Below are positions 9,705 through 19,497 of a stretch of 39,519 nt of DNA, one piece after another. The notes below the pieces were generated by a model. The model was not told the DNA's origin. It saw only the letters and a program-made list of their open reading frames with translations, and ran no database searches. Each line of letters begins with the position of its first letter. Position 1 is the stretch's first letter. The stretch comes from Candidatus Pelagibacterales bacterium (lineage in GTDB: Bacteria; Pseudomonadota; Alphaproteobacteria; Pelagibacterales; AG-422-B15): positions 1 through 39,519 of the forward strand of contig JAQWTH010000027.1 of assembly GCA_029242795.1 (NCBI GenBank), read 5' to 3'. A program made the translations under genes and the position numbers.

Positions 9705-10389
9705 AATAAATTAATTTATGAAAATCAGATATAATAAATAAAAAAAATACAAAAATAAAAGAGTCCATTCTATCTAAAAACCCTCCATGGCCAATAAATA
9801 AAGTTCCAGTATCTTTTAAGTTAGATCTTCTTTTTATAAATGATACGATTGCATCGCCAATAAAAGAAAAAGAACAAATTAAAGAAGCTAAAATAAATAA
9901 ATTTAACAATATTTTATCATAAAAATAATAAGTAAAAAATAAATTTAATAGAATAACAGTTATAAAGCCTGAAATAGAACCACTATATGTCTTTCCCTTA
10001 CTTAATCTTGGAAATATTTTCTTACCTTGAAATAGATTTCCACCAATATATGAAAAAGTATCAAAAACCCAAAGAGTAAGAAGTATATAAATAAATATAA
10101 AAAAATTATTATCTAATGAGAAATAATAAAATGGACATAATATTAAAGTATATGCTGATATAAAAATATATATAGCTACTCCTATTTTAAAATTTGATAA
10201 TTTGAAAATATTCACTAATTCACTTAAAATCATAACTAAAAAAAAAATAAATAGTAAGAAGAGCAAGATCCCCCCTTGGTACAAAGAATAAATAAAAATA
10301 GGAACAAAGATTATTACAGAGAATAATCTTTTAACTAACTCTATATTAAAGAGTGATCTAAAATTTGATAAAATATTATTATTTACCAT
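9697..10389 (-). CDS. cdsA: Phosphatidate cytidylyltransferase (compact form)
   Basis: Multi-TM protein with W..DTFSY..G, S.GKT..G, GDA..S..KR....KD.G, GHGGFLDRMDS. Confidence 0.93.
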   Translation of the reverse strand: MVNNNILSNFRSLFNIELVKRLFSVIIFVPIFIYSLYQGGILLFLLFIFFLVMILSELVNIFKLSNFKIGVAIYIFISAYTLILCPFYYFSLDNNFFIFIYILLTLWVFDTFSYIGGNLFQGKKIFPRLSKGKTYSGSISGFITVILLNLFFTYYFYDKILLNLFILASLICSFSFIGDAIVSFIKRRSNLKDTGTLFIGHGGFLDRMDSFIFVFFLFIISDFHKLIYYA

Positions 10390-11090
10390 AATTTCTTTTT
10401 CTCTGGAGATATTTGAGTAGTGATATCTTTAGATGATTAAACTTAAAATCAGGCCATAATTTTTTTGTAAAAATAAGTTCTGAGTAAGCTGACTGCCATA
10501 GAAGAAAGTCACTCATTCGTAATTCTCCTCCAGTTCTTATTATTAAATCTGGATCAGGTATTCCATCGCTGTATAAATATGTTTCAAGTTTATTTACTTT
10601 TTTTTTGTTAACTACTATTTGTTTGACAGCTTCGATAATTTCTTCTCGTGCACTATAATTAAATGCTAAATTGATTTGTATGCCTGTATTCTGTTCTGTT
10701 TTACTTTGAACGTCGTTGATTATTTTTTTTATTGATTTTGGTAATTTTTTATTTGAACCAAAGTGTTTAATTTTAAAATTTTCCTTAAGCGATAGATTTT
10801 CGAATTTATTGTATGTTTGTTTTACAAAATTAAACAGGGCATTAATCTCAAGACTTGATCTTTTCCAATTATTTACAGCAAAAACATAAAGCGTAATGTA
10901 TTTCAACTCTATTGTTTCTTCGTTATTTATTTTTAAGAATGCTAATGGCGTTGTTAATTCCTTCTTTGTGACCAAGACTAGTTTTTAACTTATGCTTTTT
11001 TGCCCATCTCCGATTTCCATCCATAATAATTGCAAGATGATTTAATTTTATTATATTATCTTGAAATTTTTTATGAGCACGTAGGGTCAA
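10379..11090 (-). pseudogene. uppS: Undecaprenyl/polyprenyl diphosphate synthase, split by a +1 frameshift near 10923-10937; may be intact in vivo
   Basis: TTG at 11090 gives [55 protein letters not shown] (TAA 10923-10925). The rest (ITLYVF..NWKR, PDPDLIIRTGGELRMSDFLLWQ, LWPDF, RNYG) is in the +1 frame to 10379. Removing 1 nt gives 236 aa. Confidence 0.88.
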
Positions 11091-11095
11091 AAAGA

Positions 11096-11653
11096 TTATA
11101 TTTTCTTTAAATCTTCTTCTTTAGATTTAAGGTTATCCTCTATCTCTTTTATATATTTTGAAGTAATTTCTTCAATTTCATTTTGACATTTTTTAGAGTC
11201 ATCTTGTCCTATTTCTTTATTTTTTTCTAATGATTTAATTTTTTCAATTCCATCTCTTCTAATATTTCTTATTGCAACTTTAGAATTTTCAGAAATTTTT
11301 CCAGCTAACTTTAAAAATTCAACTCTTCGTTCTTCTGTTAATTGGGGTAAAGGCAATCTAATCAATAGGCCTTCCGTTTGAGGGTTTATACCTAAATCAG
11401 ATTCACTTAATGCTTTTTCAACTATAGATACATTAGATTGATCCCATATTTCTACATTAATAGTTCTAGAGTCTGGTGTTGTAATGTTTCCGATTTGATT
11501 AATAGGCATCTTTTGTCCATATACCTCAGCTCTTATAGAGTCGAGCATATTTGGCGATGCTCTTCCCGCTCTAATTCCTGAAAGTTCAGATTTAGCTGAA
11601 CTAATAGTTGACTGCATTCTTGATTTAATACCTGATTTTATTTCTTCAAACAT
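11096..11653 (-). CDS. frr: Ribosome recycling factor
   Basis: [32 protein letters not shown]. Confidence 0.98.
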   Translation of the reverse strand: MFEEIKSGIKSRMQSTISSAKSELSGIRAGRASPNMLDSIRAEVYGQKMPINQIGNITTPDSRTINVEIWDQSNVSIVEKALSESDLGINPQTEGLLIRLPLPQLTEERRVEFLKLAGKISENSKVAIRNIRRDGIEKIKSLEKNKEIGQDDSKKCQNEIEEITSKYIKEIEDNLKSKEEDLKKI

Positions 11654-12366
11654 TATGATATTTCTGAATGACTTAGCTTATTCATAAACATTTGAACAAA
11701 ACAGTTTTTTTCTTGAATAGAAAATAACTTTATTGGAATTTTATTATCACGCGATATTGCAATAGCTGAAGTGTCCATAACTTTTAAATTTTCATTAATA
11801 TATTTTTTAAAGGTTAGTTTAGAATATTTTTTTGCATTTTTGAATTTTTTTGGATCTTTATCGTAAATTCCATCTACTTGTGTGGCTTTATAAATAACGC
11901 CACAATCAAGTTCAGCGGCTCTTAGCGCAGCTGATGTATCTGTTGAAAAGTATGGATTTCCTGTTCCAGCGGTACAGATAACAATTCTATTTTTTTCCAT
12001 ATGTCTTATGGCTCTTCGTCTTATGTAGGTTTCACAAATTGACTGAATTGGAAATGCGGACATGACTCTTGTTTGAACTTCAATTTTTTCAAGAGCATTT
12101 TGAAGCGCTAAACCATTTAATACAGTTGCAAGCATACCCATATAATCAGCATTAGCCCTGTCCATTCCTTGAGATGAAGCTTCAAGCCCACGGAATATAT
12201 TACCTCCACCTATTACGACACAAATTTGTGTTTTTTTAAGTAAAAGTTTTTTTAGATTTGCAGCAATGTTATTAACTGTATCAATAGATATGCCATAATT
12301 TCCAGCGCCCATGAGTGACTCTCCGGAAAGTTTAATAAGTATCCGGTTATTTTTCATTAAAGACAA
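11653..12366 (-). CDS. pyrH: UMP kinase (start is TTG 12366 or ATG 12357)
   Basis: IKLSGESL, GGGNIFRG, ADYMGMLAT, GNPYFSTD, VDGIYDKDP, LKVMD. Confidence 0.98.
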   Translation of the reverse strand: MSLMKNNRILIKLSGESLMGAGNYGISIDTVNNIAANLKKLLLKKTQICVVIGGGNIFRGLEASSQGMDRANADYMGMLATVLNGLALQNALEKIEVQTRVMSAFPIQSICETYIRRRAIRHMEKNRIVICTAGTGNPYFSTDTSAALRAAELDCGVIYKATQVDGIYDKDPKKFKNAKKYSKLTFKKYINENLKVMDTSAIAISRDNKIPIKLFSIQEKNCFVQMFMNKLSHSEIS

Positions 12367-12369
12367 CGA

Positions 12370-13188
12370 CTATTCTCCTAATTCATATCTAATGAATTTA
12401 TCTATCTTTATTTCTGAACTTGATTCTTTTGAGGAATTTTCAAGATAAGAATTTATTGATATGGAAGGATCCATAACAAATTTTTGATTTAAAAGAACAT
12501 TTTCTTCAAAAAATTTCTTTATTTTACCATCAATCATTTTAGAAATAATATCATCTGGCTTACCAGAGTCTTTTAGTTGCTCCTTAAGAATACTTTTTTC
12601 ATTTTCGATTAGATTTTGATCTAAATCTTCTTCACTTAAAGACTTTGGAGAGCTTGCAGCTATGTGCATGCAAATATTTTTGCCTATCTCTTCAGATACT
12701 TCGTCATTAGTAAATTTTAAGATAACACCTATTTTACCTAATCCATCTGTGATTTTATTATGAGTATATGTAAATGATTTACCTGAAACATAATCAGATC
12801 TTTTAAAAACAATATTTTCACCAATTTTAGCAATAGCATTGCTTATTAATTCAGAGGATTTTTCTGCAGTATCATTATTTTCTAAAATTACAATATCTAA
12901 TATATTTTTCACCAAAGATTGAAATTCAGAGTTTCTTGATACAAAATCTGTTTCAGAATTTATTTCTACAATCGCGGCGCCATTGTCAGATGTTTTTATG
13001 CCAACTAGTCCTTCATTAGCATCTCTAGTTGATTTTTTTTCAGCTTTCGCTATGCCTTTTTCTCTTAGCCATTTAAAAGCATCTTCTAAATTACCATCAG
13101 TTTCTGCTAAAGCATTTTTACAATCCATCATGCCTGCACCAGACATCTTTCTAAGGTCTTGAACCTGTTTAGCTGTAACTTGAGCCAT
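12370..13188 (-). CDS. tsf: Elongation factor Ts
   Basis: LRKMSGAGMMDCKNAL, EINSETDFV, IGENI, MHIAA, GKP, RYELGE. Confidence 0.98.
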   Translation of the reverse strand: MAQVTAKQVQDLRKMSGAGMMDCKNALAETDGNLEDAFKWLREKGIAKAEKKSTRDANEGLVGIKTSDNGAAIVEINSETDFVSRNSEFQSLVKNILDIVILENNDTAEKSSELISNAIAKIGENIVFKRSDYVSGKSFTYTHNKITDGLGKIGVILKFTNDEVSEEIGKNICMHIAASSPKSLSEEDLDQNLIENEKSILKEQLKDSGKPDDIISKMIDGKIKKFFEENVLLNQKFVMDPSISINSYLENSSKESSSEIKIDKFIRYELGE

Positions 13189-13988
13189 TATTGAGGCACC
13201 ACTAATGAGCTGGAATCCTTCATGTCTACTTTTTCAGTATTACCGTCTTCATCAATGCTGTTTTGCTTAACAACATTTGTATCTTTTTTTTCTTCAAATA
13301 CAATTTCTTGTTTTGATGATTCAATTGTCTGTTGTATTAAATCACAATAAAGATTAATTGATCTTCTTGAATCATCATTACCAGGAATTGGAAAGTCAAT
13401 TACTTCTGGATCCGCATTTGTATCAACGATACCAATAACAGGAATATTTAAATTTTTTGCTTCAGCCACTGCTTTATGCTCGAGTTTAGTATCAATTATA
13501 AATATTAAGTCTGGTGCTTTTTTCATCTCACTTATGCCAAACAGCGACAGCATTAGTTTTTGATACTGTCTATCCATTTGCAGAACTTCTTTTTTTGTAA
13601 ATTCGTTGTTAGGATTGGACTTAGATACTTCTAACTCCTTCATTTTTTTAATTGAATTTGTAATTGTAGACCAATTTGTTAGCATACCACCTAGCCATCT
13701 ATAATTTACATAATAATGGTTTGTGTCCGAAGCTAATTGAGCAATTCTCTTGGATGCCTGTTTTTTAGTAGATACAAACAATATCTTTCCACCTTTTGAT
13801 ACGACATCATTTATTTTATTAAGAGCTTCAGTTAATAATCCTACCGTTTGTGTTAGATCGATAATATGCACATTTTCTCTAGTGCTATGGATATATTGTT
13901 CCATTTTAGGATTCCATCTTTGGGTTTTATGTCCAAAGTGTACACCTGCTTCAATTAAGTCTTTGAGACCAAAATTTGGTATAGTCAT
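13188..13988 (-). CDS. rpsB: 30S ribosomal protein S2 (start re-called to ATG 13988)
   Basis: AGVHFGH...[30 protein letters not shown] lies just upstream of ATG 13988; the ORF-track extension runs into the leader RNA. Confidence 0.98.
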   Translation of the reverse strand: MTIPNFGLKDLIEAGVHFGHKTQRWNPKMEQYIHSTRENVHIIDLTQTVGLLTEALNKINDVVSKGGKILFVSTKKQASKRIAQLASDTNHYYVNYRWLGGMLTNWSTITNSIKKMKELEVSKSNPNNEFTKKEVLQMDRQYQKLMLSLFGISEMKKAPDLIFIIDTKLEHKAVAEAKNLNIPVIGIVDTNADPEVIDFPIPGNDDSRRSINLYCDLIQQTIESSKQEIVFEEKKDTNVVKQNSIDEDGNTEKVDMKDSSSLVVPQ

Positions 13989-13989
13989 A

Positions 13990-14068
13990 TATTTTCTCCG
14001 GTTGTTCATCCGCAACAATTTGACCCCATTGGGACCGGACAGCAGTTAGCTATCGTTACGTGTTTAAT
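13990..14068 (-). ncRNA. rpsB 5' leader, t44-like / S2 autoregulatory element
   Basis: GC-rich island in the only large internal spacer. On the minus strand CGTAACGAT (14060-14052) pairs with ATTGTTGCG (14019-14011), enclosing CCGGTCCC-AAT-GGGGT. Position and GGGGU motif match t44/rpsB leaders. Confidence 0.7.
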
Positions 14069-14074
14069 TGTGTG

Positions 14075-14103
14075 TAATTAACTTAAAAATTGGAATACTT
14101 CAA
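14075..14103 (-). promoter_or_regulatory. Putative sigma70 promoter of the rpsB-tsf operon
   Basis: TTGAAG(14103-14098)-N17-TAATTA(14080-14075) immediately before the leader. A -10 lacking the final T is common in Alphaproteobacteria. Confidence 0.45.
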
Positions 14104-14109
14104 TATAAT

Positions 14110-17100
14110 TTATTCGTCAAAACTTACTTCTTTAACCCCATAAATGGATCTTATTCGTTCAATCAAATTCGTATCAACTTGATAGAGATTTGGCAATGCA
14201 AGTCTTTGATTTTCAACAATAATATTTATTTTGTGATTTCCTTTTTTTAAATTAATTGCTTTGAATTCGTTCAGTGAAAATTTCTCATTGGCATATATTT
14301 GCAAAAGGGACGCCTTTGATTTTACCTTTCTAGCCTCTGTGTCAAAGGTCTTATTTTGATTTGTAAATGATGAGTATGACTGATTATTCATTTTAATAAC
14401 ATCTGCTATTTTATATATTTTTTTAGCTTCGCCCCTAAGGCCATTTCCATCATCAGAAAAATCAATACCAATAGCGTATGAGTCGCCTTCAACTAAAATA
14501 TCTCTGTACTTACGAAGATTGTTTTCAAATATAATGAGTTCATATATAGAGCTAAGATCTGAAAAATTTAAGAAGGCATATGCGTTCCCTCTGGCTGACC
14601 GTTTTTCCTTTTTTGATAATAGCGTTCCAGCTAACAAAACATTTTTTTCATTATGAAAGTTTTTATTAAGCTTAATTGTTTCAAAGTTTTTAATATCTAA
14701 ATTAGAAACTTTATTCAGAAATTGATTCAATGGATGTCCAGATAAATAAAAACCAAGTATTTCAAATTCTTTCATTAGCTTCATCTCCTCACTCCATCTT
14801 TCTTTTGAGGTAAACTTATATTCAAATTTTAGGGCCTCACCAAAAATATCTTCTTGATTGCTATTATTTGTATCGTGAAAATGTTTTAAATGTTTAATTA
14901 TTTCAGGACATTCATTAAATATATTTTCTCTTTTAATATTAAATGAGTCAAAACTACCTGAGCATGCTAAGGCTTCTAGTGTTTTTTTATTAGACACTGA
15001 TGAACTCACTCTTGTTAAGAAATCTTCAAAGTCTTTAAAGATGCCATTTTTATCTCTTTCTTCTTCAAGTTCCTTAATTGCCTCTATTCCAACGTTCTTT
15101 ATAGCTCCGAGTGCATATGAAATTCCATCTCCGTCACGCACAAAGTATGAATTTGACTTATTTACATCTGGAGCAATCAAAGGAATCTTCATTCTATCTA
15201 ATTCTTGTTGAAATATCGCTAGTTTATCTGTGTTATTAATATCTAATGACATAGATGCAGCAAAAAATTCAATTGGGTAATGTTTTTTTAAATATGCAGT
15301 TTGAAAAGCAATTAAGGCATAGGCCGCTGCATGACTTTTATTGAATCCATAATCCGCAAATTTTGATAATAGTTCAAATATATTATTTGCTTCGTTATCT
15401 TTTAGTCCATTTGAAATACAACCTTCTACAAATCTTTTCTTTTGAGCTGTCATTTCTTTTTGAATCTTTTTACCCATTGCTCTTCTTAGAAGATCTGCTT
15501 CACCATCTGAATAGCCCGATAATTCTCTAGCGACACCCATAACTTGTTCTTGATAAATAATAACCCCGTATGTCTCCTTTAATAAATCTTCTAGCAATGG
15601 ATGTACATAATCTGGCTTTTCCCTGCCGTGTTTTCTCTCAATATAAGTTGGAATATTGGCCATTGGTCCTGGTCGATACAAGGCAACAAGAGCAATAATA
15701 TCTTCAAATTTATCAGGTTTTAAATTTTTAAGAGTATCTTTCATACCTGGACTTTCTAATTGAAAAATACCTGTTGTTTCACCAGTTCCTAATAGATCAA
15801 ATGTTTGTGTGTCAGTTAAATCAATTTCTGATATGTCAAATTTTTCATACTTATTCACCAGCTCGACACAATTATTAATTAGCGTTAAGGTTTTTAAACC
15901 CAAAAAATCGAATTTTACTAACCCTGCATTCTCTACCCACTTCATATCAAATTGAGTTAGAAAAATATTTGTATCTGGATCACTATATAATGGTACATCC
16001 TTATAAATAATGTCCTTTGATATAACTACTCCAGCAGCGTGTATTGAAGCGTGTCTCTTTAAGCCTTCTAATTTAAGAGCGATACTTAAAAGTTTTTTAA
16101 TTTTAGGATTTTTGTTTGCTTCTTCCGTCAGCTTTGGTTCATCATCAATATATTCTTGAAGGCTTAATTGCCTCGAGGGATCGAATGGTATCAATTTAGT
16201 CAAATAGTCTACTTGACCATATGGAACACCAAGTACTCTTCCAATATCTCTTAATACTGCTCTTGCTTGAAGTTTACCAAAGGTAATAATTTGAGCGACA
16301 TGATCTTTACCATACTTCTCATAAACATAGTTGAGAACTTCGTCTCTTCTGTCCCTACAGAAGTCAATATCAAAATCAGGTAATGAAACACGCTCAGGAT
16401 TTAAAAATCGTTCAAAAATTAAACCAAAATGAATTGGGTCTAAGTCAGTTATCTCAAGACACCATGCAACCAATGAGCCAGCGCCTGAACCTCTTCCAGG
16501 TCCAACTGGTATATTATTATTTTTCGCCCATTTAATAAAATCGGCAACAATTAAAAAATATCCCTCATATTTCATATTAATAATAATATCTAATTCACTA
16601 TCTAATCTCTTCTGATATTCACTCCTTAATTGATTTGATTCTTCATCATTTTCTATTTTTTTCATTTTTAAAGTCTGCATCACTCTTTTTTCGAGTCCTT
16701 CGTTTGAAATTTTTCTAAGAAGATCTTCTTCTGTATTTTCCGCTCCTTTTATAAAAACTGGTAGTATCGGATTTTTAATTTCAGGCTTAAATGAACACCT
16801 TTGAGAAATTTCAATTGTATTTAATAAAGTTTCTGGAAGATCATGGAATAAAGATTCCATTTCATCAACAGACTTAAAATAATGTTGATCAGAAAATCTA
16901 TATCTATCCAATTGTGATACAAATTGCTTCTTTTCTATACAGCTTAATGCATCATGAGCCTCATAATATTCTGGTGACTCAAAGTAGACCTCATTAGTGG
17001 CGACTAAAGGTAATGTATTATCATAAGCTAAATTAAGAAGTGAATTTTCATTTTTTTTATTTGAATTTCCTAGTCTTTGGATCTCTATATATAGATTATC

Positions 17101-17601
17101 ATTAAATTGCTCTTTTAAATTATGTATAAATTGATTTGCATGAGATATTTTTCCTGAATTAAGGATGATCTCAATTAAATTATTTCTTCCACCAGTTAAT
17201 GCAATCAAGCCTTCTTTACTATTATATATATCAGATAGATTTACAGCATTGTTGTCTGGATATTTTGTATATGATAAGGAACTAAGCTCTAAAAGATTCT
17301 GGTAACCCTGTAGATTTTTTGCAAATAAATTTAAAAAGAAATACTTATTATCTAAGTTTGACGTATCTAAATTGTATTCATTAGGTATGCTGATTTTAAT
17401 ATTGCACCCAATTAATGGCTGAACACCATAGCTTGATATTTTATCACTAAATTCTAATGCACCAAACATGTTATTAGTGTCTGTAATTCCTACTGAAGGC
17501 ATTTGAAAAGACTCACATAATTCTGCAATACGATTGATTGTTATTGCTCCTTGAGATAAGGAATATTCTGTTTTATTTGTGAGGTGTACAAAATTAGTCA
17601 T
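14110..17601 (-). CDS. dnaE: DNA polymerase III alpha subunit
   Basis: PHP domain, GPGRGSGAGSLVA, LPDFDIDF, HAAGVVI, KFDFLGL, YGFNKSHAAAY, clamp-binding-like QEDIF, OB fold. No intein. Confidence 0.98.
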   Translation of the reverse strand: MTNFVHLTNKTEYSLSQGAITINRIAELCESFQMPSVGITDTNNMFGALEFSDKISSYGVQPLIGCNIKISIPNEYNLDTSNLDNKYFFLNLFAKNLQGYQNLLELSSLSYTKYPDNNAVNLSDIYNSKEGLIALTGGRNNLIEIILNSGKISHANQFIHNLKEQFNDNLYIEIQRLGNSNKKNENSLLNLAYDNTLPLVATNEVYFESPEYYEAHDALSCIEKKQFVSQLDRYRFSDQHYFKSVDEMESLFHDLPETLLNTIEISQRCSFKPEIKNPILPVFIKGAENTEEDLLRKISNEGLEKRVMQTLKMKKIENDEESNQLRSEYQKRLDSELDIIINMKYEGYFLIVADFIKWAKNNNIPVGPGRGSGAGSLVAWCLEITDLDPIHFGLIFERFLNPERVSLPDFDIDFCRDRRDEVLNYVYEKYGKDHVAQIITFGKLQARAVLRDIGRVLGVPYGQVDYLTKLIPFDPSRQLSLQEYIDDEPKLTEEANKNPKIKKLLSIALKLEGLKRHASIHAAGVVISKDIIYKDVPLYSDPDTNIFLTQFDMKWVENAGLVKFDFLGLKTLTLINNCVELVNKYEKFDISEIDLTDTQTFDLLGTGETTGIFQLESPGMKDTLKNLKPDKFEDIIALVALYRPGPMANIPTYIERKHGREKPDYVHPLLEDLLKETYGVIIYQEQVMGVARELSGYSDGEADLLRRAMGKKIQKEMTAQKKRFVEGCISNGLKDNEANNIFELLSKFADYGFNKSHAAAYALIAFQTAYLKKHYPIEFFAASMSLDINNTDKLAIFQQELDRMKIPLIAPDVNKSNSYFVRDGDGISYALGAIKNVGIEAIKELEEERDKNGIFKDFEDFLTRVSSSVSNKKTLEALACSGSFDSFNIKRENIFNECPEIIKHLKHFHDTNNSNQEDIFGEALKFEYKFTSKERWSEEMKLMKEFEILGFYLSGHPLNQFLNKVSNLDIKNFETIKLNKNFHNEKNVLLAGTLLSKKEKRSARGNAYAFLNFSDLSSIYELIIFENNLRKYRDILVEGDSYAIGIDFSDDGNGLRGEAKKIYKIADVIKMNNQSYSSFTNQNKTFDTEARKVKSKASLLQIYANEKFSLNEFKAINLKKGNHKINIIVENQRLALPNLYQVDTNLIERIRSIYGVKEVSFDE

Positions 17602-18260
17602 CAGACTAATTTTATCTGGTGATCTGATTTACTTGCAAGTTCCAAATTATGAGTAGCCATAATTAATGTAATTTTCTGTGAATAAACAAAGTCAATAAGG
17701 TACTCAAATACATCATTGCTTGTATTTTTATCAAGATTTCCTGTTGGTTCATCGGCTATAATAACTTTAGGCTCATTGATTATCGCTCTAGCAATTGCTA
17801 CTCTTTGTTGTTCTCCCCCTGATAAATCTTTTGGTAAATGATTAATACGGTCACTTAAACCAAGGATATCTAAACATTTAAAAGCCAATTCATGAGCATC
17901 CTTTTTATTGTCTCCTAAAAGTATTCGGGGAATAGTAACATTTTCAATCGCTGTAAAATCTGAAAAAAGATTATTAGATTGGTAAACAAATCCAATTTTA
18001 TCTCTTCGAATAAGATTTTGCTTTGCATCATTGATATTCTTTAAATTTTCATTAAAGAGAAAAATATCTCCACTATCAGCTGTATCTATAAGTCCAATAA
18101 CATTTAATAGTGTAGATTTTCCTGATCCAGATGGTCCAATTACTGCTATAAATTTACCTTCCTGTATAGTTGCATTTAAGTTTTCAATTACCGGTATTAA
18201 TGAGCCTCCCTGAGAATATGATTTTGAAATATTTTCTAATTTAATAATAGTTTCAGGCAT
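17601..18260 (-). CDS. lolD: Lipoprotein-releasing ABC transporter ATPase
   Basis: GPSGSGKST, GFVYQ, LSGGEQQRVAIARA, ADEPTGNLD; follows the LolC/E permease. Confidence 0.92.
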   Translation of the reverse strand: MPETIIKLENISKSYSQGGSLIPVIENLNATIQEGKFIAVIGPSGSGKSTLLNVIGLIDTADSGDIFLFNENLKNINDAKQNLIRRDKIGFVYQSNNLFSDFTAIENVTIPRILLGDNKKDAHELAFKCLDILGLSDRINHLPKDLSGGEQQRVAIARAIINEPKVIIADEPTGNLDKNTSNDVFEYLIDFVYSQKITLIMATHNLELASKSDHQIKLV

Positions 18261-19485
18261 TGCTAAATATATCCTTGATTTTCATTTTTGAAGCAACTCT
18301 GGATGGGTATATAGTTGCTAATAGTGAAATGATTATTGAAAATACAAATATGAAAAATATTTGATTATAATCAATGATGGTTGGGATTTTATCAATAAAA
18401 TAAAATTGTGATGGAAATAAATTTAAGTTAAATAAATTATTGAGTATCTGCCTTATATTTTCTAAATTTAATGTAACAATAATTCCTAACAATGAACCAA
18501 TTAAACTTCCAGCTACTCCTATTAAAGAGCCTATTATTATAAATATTCTTAAAATTGAAATATTGGATGTGCCAATCGTTTTAAGAATAGCAATTTCATT
18601 TGCTTTATTTTTAACTAAAATAAAAAGACATGTAATAACATTGAATGCAGCTACTATTATAATTAACGATAAGATAATAAACATAACGTTTCTCTCAATT
18701 GATAAGGTTTCAAAGAAAAAAGCATTAACCTGTTTCCAGTCTCTCGAATAAAATAATTCTTTTTCTTTAATTATTTCGTTAACTTGATTACTTATCTTAT
18801 CCGTATAAGAAGAGCTTTTAAGATGAATTTCAATTGCAGAAATTCTATTATTAACTCCATAAATTTTTTGCATTTCTTTTAAATTAAGGAATGCATAATT
18901 ACTATCATACTCACTCATCCCCGTATCAAAATACCCTCCAACATTAATCAATCGAGATTTGGGAAGTTGGCCAAATGGAGAATTTACAGAACTAGATGTA
19001 TATAATTTAATTTGTGATCCTATTTCTACATTTAATCGTTCTGCTAATTTAGACCCAAGGTAAATTTCATTTAACATGAATTTATTAGAGTCATCTTTTT
19101 TATTCTTAAAATTATAATAATCCATATTTTCTGAGTTGAATGATTTAAGAATAATTCCTCGAGTTTGAGAATTTGCTGAAATCAAAACTTGATCAGAAAT
19201 ATTAGCGTCAATAAACTCTATCTCATCAATAGATGAAAAGATTTGAGATATATCCTCAAAATATTTTTCATAATTATTTATGTAGATATGGCCATTAAAT
19301 CCTATAATTCGATTTTCAAGCTCATATCGAAACCCATTCATTACTGACATAGTTATAATCAGTGTGGCAACACCAATGCATATACCAAAAAAAGAGAACC
19401 ATGATATAATTGAAAGAAGCCCCTCTGACCTCAATGGCTTTATATAACGAAACGCAATAAATCTTTCAAAACTATTAAAAGGCAC
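18253..19485 (-). CDS. lolE: Lipoprotein-releasing ABC transporter permease (single LolC/E type)
   Basis: ERFIAFRY, GVATLI..MSVMNGF, IAILKTIG, LATIYPS..AS; GTG start. Confidence 0.9.
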   Translation of the reverse strand: MPFNSFERFIAFRYIKPLRSEGLLSIISWFSFFGICIGVATLIITMSVMNGFRYELENRIIGFNGHIYINNYEKYFEDISQIFSSIDEIEFIDANISDQVLISANSQTRGIILKSFNSENMDYYNFKNKKDDSNKFMLNEIYLGSKLAERLNVEIGSQIKLYTSSSVNSPFGQLPKSRLINVGGYFDTGMSEYDSNYAFLNLKEMQKIYGVNNRISAIEIHLKSSSYTDKISNQVNEIIKEKELFYSRDWKQVNAFFFETLSIERNVMFIILSLIIIVAAFNVITCLFILVKNKANEIAILKTIGTSNISILRIFIIIGSLIGVAGSLIGSLLGIIVTLNLENIRQILNNLFNLNLFPSQFYFIDKIPTIIDYNQIFFIFVFSIIISLLATIYPSRVASKMKIKDIFSNA

Positions 19486-19497
19486 TTTATTTATTTA

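Noticed and set aside
9484-10247. Other 10-nt homopolymers in dxr (about 9484-9493) and cdsA (about 10238-10247) as phase-variation sites
   Set aside because: Both are in frame and expected from Lys/Phe codons in an AT-rich genome.
14110-17601. Possible intein in dnaE
   Set aside because: Length (1163 aa) and motif spacing are normal, with no splice-junction or homing endonuclease motifs.
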